Positions 55,401 to 59,465 of a DNA stretch of 59,465 nucleotides are shown here, one piece after another (the stretch's first letter is position 1; the number at the start of each line of letters is the position of its first letter). Under the pieces are notes generated by a model that saw only the letters and a list, made by a program, of their open reading frames with translations, searched no databases and was not told the origin of the DNA. This stretch comes from a virus (Duplodnaviria; Caudoviricetes), in IMG/VR virus record IMGVR_UViG_3300032212_000005, positions 1-59,465 of that record; one strand, written 5' to 3'. Position numbers and translations under genes: made by a program.

Positions 55401-58400
55401 GAAGAGCTTATTTCACTTCGACCTCACCAGAAGAACTTTATCTGGCGGTCTATGCAGTCAAAAAGCGTACTGGCTGATCACGTAGTTGGCGCGGGTAAAA
55501 CATTCGCCATCATTGGTGCTGTGATGGAAGCGAAGCGCACGGGATTCGCCAAAAAACCCGCACTTGTGGTGCCGAATCACTTGGTTAAGCAATGGTCAGA
55601 TGATTATCTGAAGCTGTACCCGAACGCAAACTTGCTTGTTCCAGATAAGAAAGACTTTGCCGGTCCACGTCGACGAGAGCTATTTGCTCGAATAGCGACT
55701 GGTCAATATGACGCAATAATTATTCCTATCAGCAGCTTTAAGAAACTGCCGACAGATCCCGATGAGACAAAGCGCTTTATTGATCAGCAGTTAGAGGATT
55801 TAACCGAATCGCTTAAAGCGGTCAAAGAGTCTGGCGATAGGACCAGTGTTAAAGAACTCGAGAAGCAGAAGGAGCGCCTTGAAAACAAACTCAAGGAAAT
55901 GGCAGATATTGCTCATCAGGATGACGGACTAACATTCCAGGATCTTGGCATAGATATGATTGCCTCTGATGAGAGCCACGAATTCAAAAATCTTGAGTAC
56001 ACCACGGGTATGGGCAGCATTTCAGGGCTAGGTAATCCAACTGGATCCGCTAAAGCAGCTGACATGTTTATTAAAACCCAGTCCATCATTAACCGGGGTG
56101 GGCGTGTGATCTTTGCTACAGGTACGCCAATTAGTAACTCAATCAGCGAAATGTACACCATGCAGCGCTATTTGGATTACGCCGGTTTGAGAGAGCAGGG
56201 ATTGGCGCATTTCGACGCCTGGGCAAACGTGTTTGGTGAAGTAGTCTCGGATTTTGAGCTAGATGCCACTGGCGTTAATTACAAAATGAACTCCCGGTTC
56301 AATAAATTCGTGAACATGCCTGAGTTAATGACTCAGTATTCAAAGTTTGCCGATGTCATCACGCGGGACGACATTAACGCATTGCTCGCGGAGCAAGGCA
56401 AAACGCTACCGATACCCAAGATAAAGGGCGGCAAGCCACAAAACATCGTTATACCGCGAACAGATGCCCAATCTACCTACATGGAAGATATCGTAAAGCG
56501 CGCAACGAATATCCCCACTGACAAGAAAATAGACAACATGCTCAAGATCACCAGTGATGCCAGAAAGGCAGCATTGGATATGCGCTTAATTGATCCCGAT
56601 TACGGCGAGGCTGGCGGTAAAACCAATGAGGCAGTCGCCAAAATCAAGGAGATTGCCGATAAGTGGGCTGACCAGAAGGGTACGCAGTTGGTTTTCTTGG
56701 ACCTGTCGACACCAAAAGGCGCGGCTTCAGCTGAGAAAGCGAGAATTCGCACGTTAATTGAGAAGGCGGACCAGGGTGATGAAAAGGCATCAGAGGAACT
56801 TGCCAAGGTATCGCCTGACGAAATTCTATCTTTAGATTCCGACTTCAGTGTTTATGACGACATGAGAGCGAAGTTAATCGCTTCCGGCTTTGCAGAGGAC
56901 GAAGTTGCATTTATCCATTCAGCTAATACCGATGAGAAGAAAGCGGCATTGTTTGAGAAGGTCCGCCGAGGTGATGTCCGGGTATTAATGGGCTCGACTG
57001 GCAAGATGGGCGCCGGGATGAATGTTCAGGATAGATTGGTGGCGTTACACCATCTTGATGCGCCATGGAAACCTTCAGACCTGGAACAGCGCGAAGGGCG
57101 AATCATTCGCCAGGGTAATTCGCTTTATGATGCTGACCCGGAAGGATTCGAGATTGAGATATATCGCTATGCAACCGAGCAGACTTACGATAGCCGAATG
57201 TGGCAAACCATCGAAGGTAAGGCCCGGTTCATTGAGCAATTACGCTCAGGGCAGCTAGATGCTCGTGAAGTTGAGGATGTGGCGGCGGAATCTGCTAGTG
57301 CGGCAGAAATGAAAGCTGCAGCATCCGGTAATCCTTTGATCCTTGAGGAATTCAAACTGCGCGATCAGGTGAAGAAGCTTGAGCAGAAAGAGCGCCAGTT
57401 TAAGCGCGCCAAGTATCAGGCTGTAAGTGACGCCGATTTTATGCAAACCAGACTCGATGCATTGCCAGAAGAGCAGGCCATTATTGCTCGTGATGTTGAA
57501 ACATTGCAGGCAAACCCCTTGCCGGTTGCTAAGAAGAAAGATGATCCATCATTCGCCGGGAAGATTGGTAACAAAAACTACTCAAAGAGAAAGGATTTTG
57601 GCCAAGCCATAATTTCTGAGGCTAAATCCATCATTGCTAACAGAGAAAAGGACAGAGTAATTGGCAGCCTGCGCGGATTTGATGTTTCAGTTGGGCGCGA
57701 TTACTCAGATGACACCTTTAAGATTGGCTTGAGCGGCGAATGGAATTACGGGAACGAACGCTATTACCTGAATAACGACCCGGGCGGATTGGCTACCCAA
57801 TTGAATAACCGGCTCGAGTCGATCGCTAACTTGCTGGAAAACAAACAGATTGAGCAATCTAACGCCGAGCGCGACATCCCGGTATTGCTTGAAAAGGGTC
57901 AGCAGGAATTCAAAGAAGCCGCTGAATTGTCTGAACTTCGTGATCAGCACAATGAAATACTCGCAGAGCTTTCCGCTAAGGGAGAGGATGACACCCCCGA
58001 TGGCCCTGAAGACCTTCCTGATGATGCTATGAGCTTTAATCCGTCCAGAGATTTGATGATCCGTGACGACAACATTGTTCTGGAATTTGGTAGAGACTCT
58101 ATTTATCCGAGCAGACCGGGCAGATTGGAATTAAATCCGCAGGTTGTTTCTTCTGAAAAGCCTGATTCTGAGGTTAAGGGCTCTTTTGAAATGATCCAGG
58201 CAATGCGTAATCATTTCAATGTGCCGGTTCGTTCGGGCAGAATCCGAGGTAAGGCCCAGGGAACTCATGACCCCCGTGATGGTGTGATACGTTTACGACG
58301 AATGGCAGAGATTGAGGTATTTACTCACGAACTAGGCCATGCGCTCGAAAGCCGATACGGCAGTGAATTAACCCGCATCATCAAAGCCTATAAAGATGAA

Positions 58401-59465
58401 ATGGCGCCACTGTCTTATGATCCTGATTTAAAAGAAACGCAGCTATTGAGAGAAGGCTTTGCTGAATTCTTCAGCATTTACGTTTTGAATCCAGCGAATG
58501 CAGAGTACCGAGCGCCAAAGTTTGCCGCGGCATTTGAAAACTACATGACGAAGAATCACGCAGAAGACCTGGCAATGATTGATGGTGTTCAAAAGGATTA
58601 TCAATCTTACCTGTTTGCACCGTCTGGCGCGGCAATCAAAGCCAACATGGCGACCAGTGACAAAGGCCCAGTCATTAAACGAGCGCTTTCAGCATTAGGA
58701 CCGGAGAATATCAAGGAAACTGTTGGTATCAACGCAATGAAGTTTTACGCAAGCTTCTTTGACCGATTGCACCCTATCTACGTGGCTGTTGAAAAGCTTT
58801 CTAAGATCAGAGAGAAGAACAAAGGTAGCCGTCTTGATTTGAAACGCTCTGAGGATTCTTACGCCCTGGCTAGACTGGCGGTGGATGCTTATTCCGGCGC
58901 CCATGTTCAAATACAAAAAGGTGTGATTCCTTACAATGGCGCTTTTCCTGAAGGACCATCATTCACTGATGCTGTTCAAAAGGCCATGCCAGAAGGGAAG
59001 TATTCAGATGAAACCGTAGAGGATTTCGGTAGCTATCTAATATCTCGCCGGGCTATCCACGAATGGGATAGGTTTATGATTGGTGAGCTTCAGAACAAGC
59101 CAACGAAAGAAACCAAAGCCGATCATAAGGCGAATATCGAACTGCTAGAACGCGAGAATCCCCAGTTCTCGGAAGCAGCCGGTATCCTTTATGAATTCCT
59201 GGAAAACCAATGGGGCCGGAAGTATGAGGCTGGATTGCTGACAAACGAGCAGTACCTTAAAGGCATTGAACAACACACAGATTATGTGCCTTTCATGCGT
59301 GACAGATCGGACTTAGGTGATAAATCAACCGCGTCCGGTTTGGGTGACACTGGCAGTAATGGAGTGCTGAAGCGCTTTAAAGGCTCTGATAGACCGATTA
59401 TCAACCCGCTCGAATCCATCATGGCCGATGTTTATGAAACCGAAGTCTCTATTAAGGGCAATGAT
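52455..59465 (+). CDS. Giant polyvalent internal virion protein, N-terminal part (DarB-like N6-adenine MTase + SNF2 helicase + zincin); continues across the origin to 2438, ~3087 aa in total
   Basis: GTG at 52455 after GGAG. Motifs all in one frame: YVGWGG 53166, LEPSLGSGNF, NPPF 53586, DHVVGAGKT 55476, DESH 55968, ATGTPISNS, QREGRIIRQG 57087, HELGH 58326, EGFAE 58452. Same frame as ORF 6..2438; absent from the track because it has no stop in the window. Confidence 0.92.
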   Translation, partial: MRSISLCIKRAGKAVTPKMADELIDRVKTFKGDQELAVQDYLTELNDQIADLENQLLEQANPGLTPPSQVEEVQQEPETSQEFDIQSQLEEIKSAISELGGSQDAALGTADTGTLEGVSTEQGQATGNVRDVDAGNQQSGPGDNQGNGQPDRSGTDGTGGLGANAGETTVSEPGARSGGKRGNIETTDYTIQDSDNLGSGGAKTKFKQNIAAVRLVREFIEDPSRRATKEEQAVLVKYVGWGGMPQAFVKPNGSVTKGWETQAAELQEILTPEEYSDARRSTQDAHYTSQEVIGGIYAGLERLGFKGGSILEPSLGSGNFFGLMPQLVRQASKLTGVELDTITGEIAKQLYQSAKVSAPTGFQDFPMTDGTFDLAIGNPPFGSQKIYDGKRKDISKFSIHNYFFAKSLNGLRQNGILAMVVSKGLLDKASSKEREYLANRAELLGAIRLPNNAFLKNAGTEVTTDIIFLRKLGSQETPDYSWTETVDITGADGTTIKVNKYFAENPNMMLGEMRSEGSMYRANEPALVARKGDDISELLAEAIQNLPENVYSTISEPVSAAFEPDVQLSSDIRDVLHNGFFFQDGELRRRGADINGEPSFEVVKTRLDSSGKEVPFKERQLERIRGMAEVGQTVSQILKLQLGNYTDEDIAPVREELNKQYDTFVKKNGFINSTTNKSLMRQDPLWPRLAALEPDYDRGVSAAVAKSTGQEKRAASAKKADIFSTRTQFPYQPVSQVTTPADGLTASLSERGKLDLPYIEQLYGKPEAQIIEELGNTIYQDPMEGWQTAEEYLSGNVKKKLQIAKENAALDPVYSRNIEALTEVLPEDIAPIDIIVKIGAPWLPNDVMNDFTNYLAGEDIGVNWTYVAPLAKWNFGGRISSTAKLKDWGTPDRTSYELIQAASGNKPVKITRRDSDGNAYVDAEATAAANQKVNDLKQEFEDWIWEAAERRERLGKIYNDTINTSIGRSYNGKHLVLPGKVPEELISLRPHQKNFIWRSMQSKSVLADHVVGAGKTFAIIGAVMEAKRTGFAKKPALVVPNHLVKQWSDDYLKLYPNANLLVPDKKDFAGPRRRELFARIATGQYDAIIIPISSFKKLPTDPDETKRFIDQQLEDLTESLKAVKESGDRTSVKELEKQKERLENKLKEMADIAHQDDGLTFQDLGIDMIASDESHEFKNLEYTTGMGSISGLGNPTGSAKAADMFIKTQSIINRGGRVIFATGTPISNSISEMYTMQRYLDYAGLREQGLAHFDAWANVFGEVVSDFELDATGVNYKMNSRFNKFVNMPELMTQYSKFADVITRDDINALLAEQGKTLPIPKIKGGKPQNIVIPRTDAQSTYMEDIVKRATNIPTDKKIDNMLKITSDARKAALDMRLIDPDYGEAGGKTNEAVAKIKEIADKWADQKGTQLVFLDLSTPKGAASAEKARIRTLIEKADQGDEKASEELAKVSPDEILSLDSDFSVYDDMRAKLIASGFAEDEVAFIHSANTDEKKAALFEKVRRGDVRVLMGSTGKMGAGMNVQDRLVALHHLDAPWKPSDLEQREGRIIRQGNSLYDADPEGFEIEIYRYATEQTYDSRMWQTIEGKARFIEQLRSGQLDAREVEDVAAESASAAEMKAAASGNPLILEEFKLRDQVKKLEQKERQFKRAKYQAVSDADFMQTRLDALPEEQAIIARDVETLQANPLPVAKKKDDPSFAGKIGNKNYSKRKDFGQAIISEAKSIIANREKDRVIGSLRGFDVSVGRDYSDDTFKIGLSGEWNYGNERYYLNNDPGGLATQLNNRLESIANLLENKQIEQSNAERDIPVLLEKGQQEFKEAAELSELRDQHNEILAELSAKGEDDTPDGPEDLPDDAMSFNPSRDLMIRDDNIVLEFGRDSIYPSRPGRLELNPQVVSSEKPDSEVKGSFEMIQAMRNHFNVPVRSGRIRGKAQGTHDPRDGVIRLRRMAEIEVFTHELGHALESRYGSELTRIIKAYKDEMAPLSYDPDLKETQLLREGFAEFFSIYVLNPANAEYRAPKFAAAFENYMTKNHAEDLAMIDGVQKDYQSYLFAPSGAAIKANMATSDKGPVIKRALSALGPENIKETVGINAMKFYASFFDRLHPIYVAVEKLSKIREKNKGSRLDLKRSEDSYALARLAVDAYSGAHVQIQKGVIPYNGAFPEGPSFTDAVQKAMPEGKYSDETVEDFGSYLISRRAIHEWDRFMIGELQNKPTKETKADHKANIELLERENPQFSEAAGILYEFLENQWGRKYEAGLLTNEQYLKGIEQHTDYVPFMRDRSDLGDKSTASGLGDTGSNGVLKRFKGSDRPIINPLESIMADVYETEVSIKGND
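52765..53007 (+). CDS. Nested (overprinted) 80-aa gene inside the giant ORF, TnpV-like
   Basis: AGGAGGGAG RBS; HWREFLP..V.QLE.SG.L...EAWE..RE; the host frame is a low-complexity linker here. Confidence 0.7.
   Translation: MQLWEQQTLAHWREFLPNKVKQLEMSGTLMQEINRAVQATIKEMDSLIEAGLTEQEAWEQTREKRLFLNPEPGVEENEET
59281..59465. repeat. Terminal overlap, right copy
   Basis: Repeat of 1-185; implies a unit genome of 59,280 bp. Confidence 0.97.

Noticed and set aside
57988-58032. Nested mini-ORF MTPPMALKTFLMML after GGAGAGG
   Set aside because: Only 14 codons with almost no RBS spacing; expected by chance in an acidic linker
40905-58916. Numerous 60-200 aa minus-strand ORFs under the giant genes
   Set aside because: Ser/hydrophobic-rich antisense shadows without RBS or motifs

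Overview
The window is a complete, circularly permuted ~59,280-bp dsDNA tailed-phage genome. Positions 59281-59465 repeat 1-185 with one synonymous mismatch. It has a podovirus-like layout (N4-gp56-type major capsid protein, portal, adaptor/nozzle, ejection proteins, no tape measure) and the host is probably a Gram-negative proteobacterium (spanins, proteobacterial-type SSB). A short leftward operon (Cro-like HTH, replication initiator, P-like loader, nucleases, internally deleted C5 methyltransferase) and a long rightward arm diverge from overlapping promoters at ~6.3 kb. I found no integrase, CI, DNA/RNA polymerase, tRNA or CRISPR array. Two giant polyvalent virion proteins dominate the late region. 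One is 2375 aa (inorganic pyrophosphatase-like, ADP-ribosyltransferase-like and C5-MTase domains). The other is ~3087 aa, crosses the origin and is missing from the ORF track (DarB-like N6-MTase, SNF2 helicase, zincin, LPD38-like). Best novelty candidates: (1) a translationally coupled pair encoding a membrane-anchored PAS protein and a stand-alone ethylene-receptor-type (ETR1-like, CxxxH) three-helix membrane domain; (2) a real-looking gene overprinted inside the DarB-like giant; (3) a perfect chromosomal-type parS palindrome in a phage lacking parAB; (4) accessory ORFs carrying copies of one major-capsid segment. All family assignments come from motif recognition by eye, not database searches.
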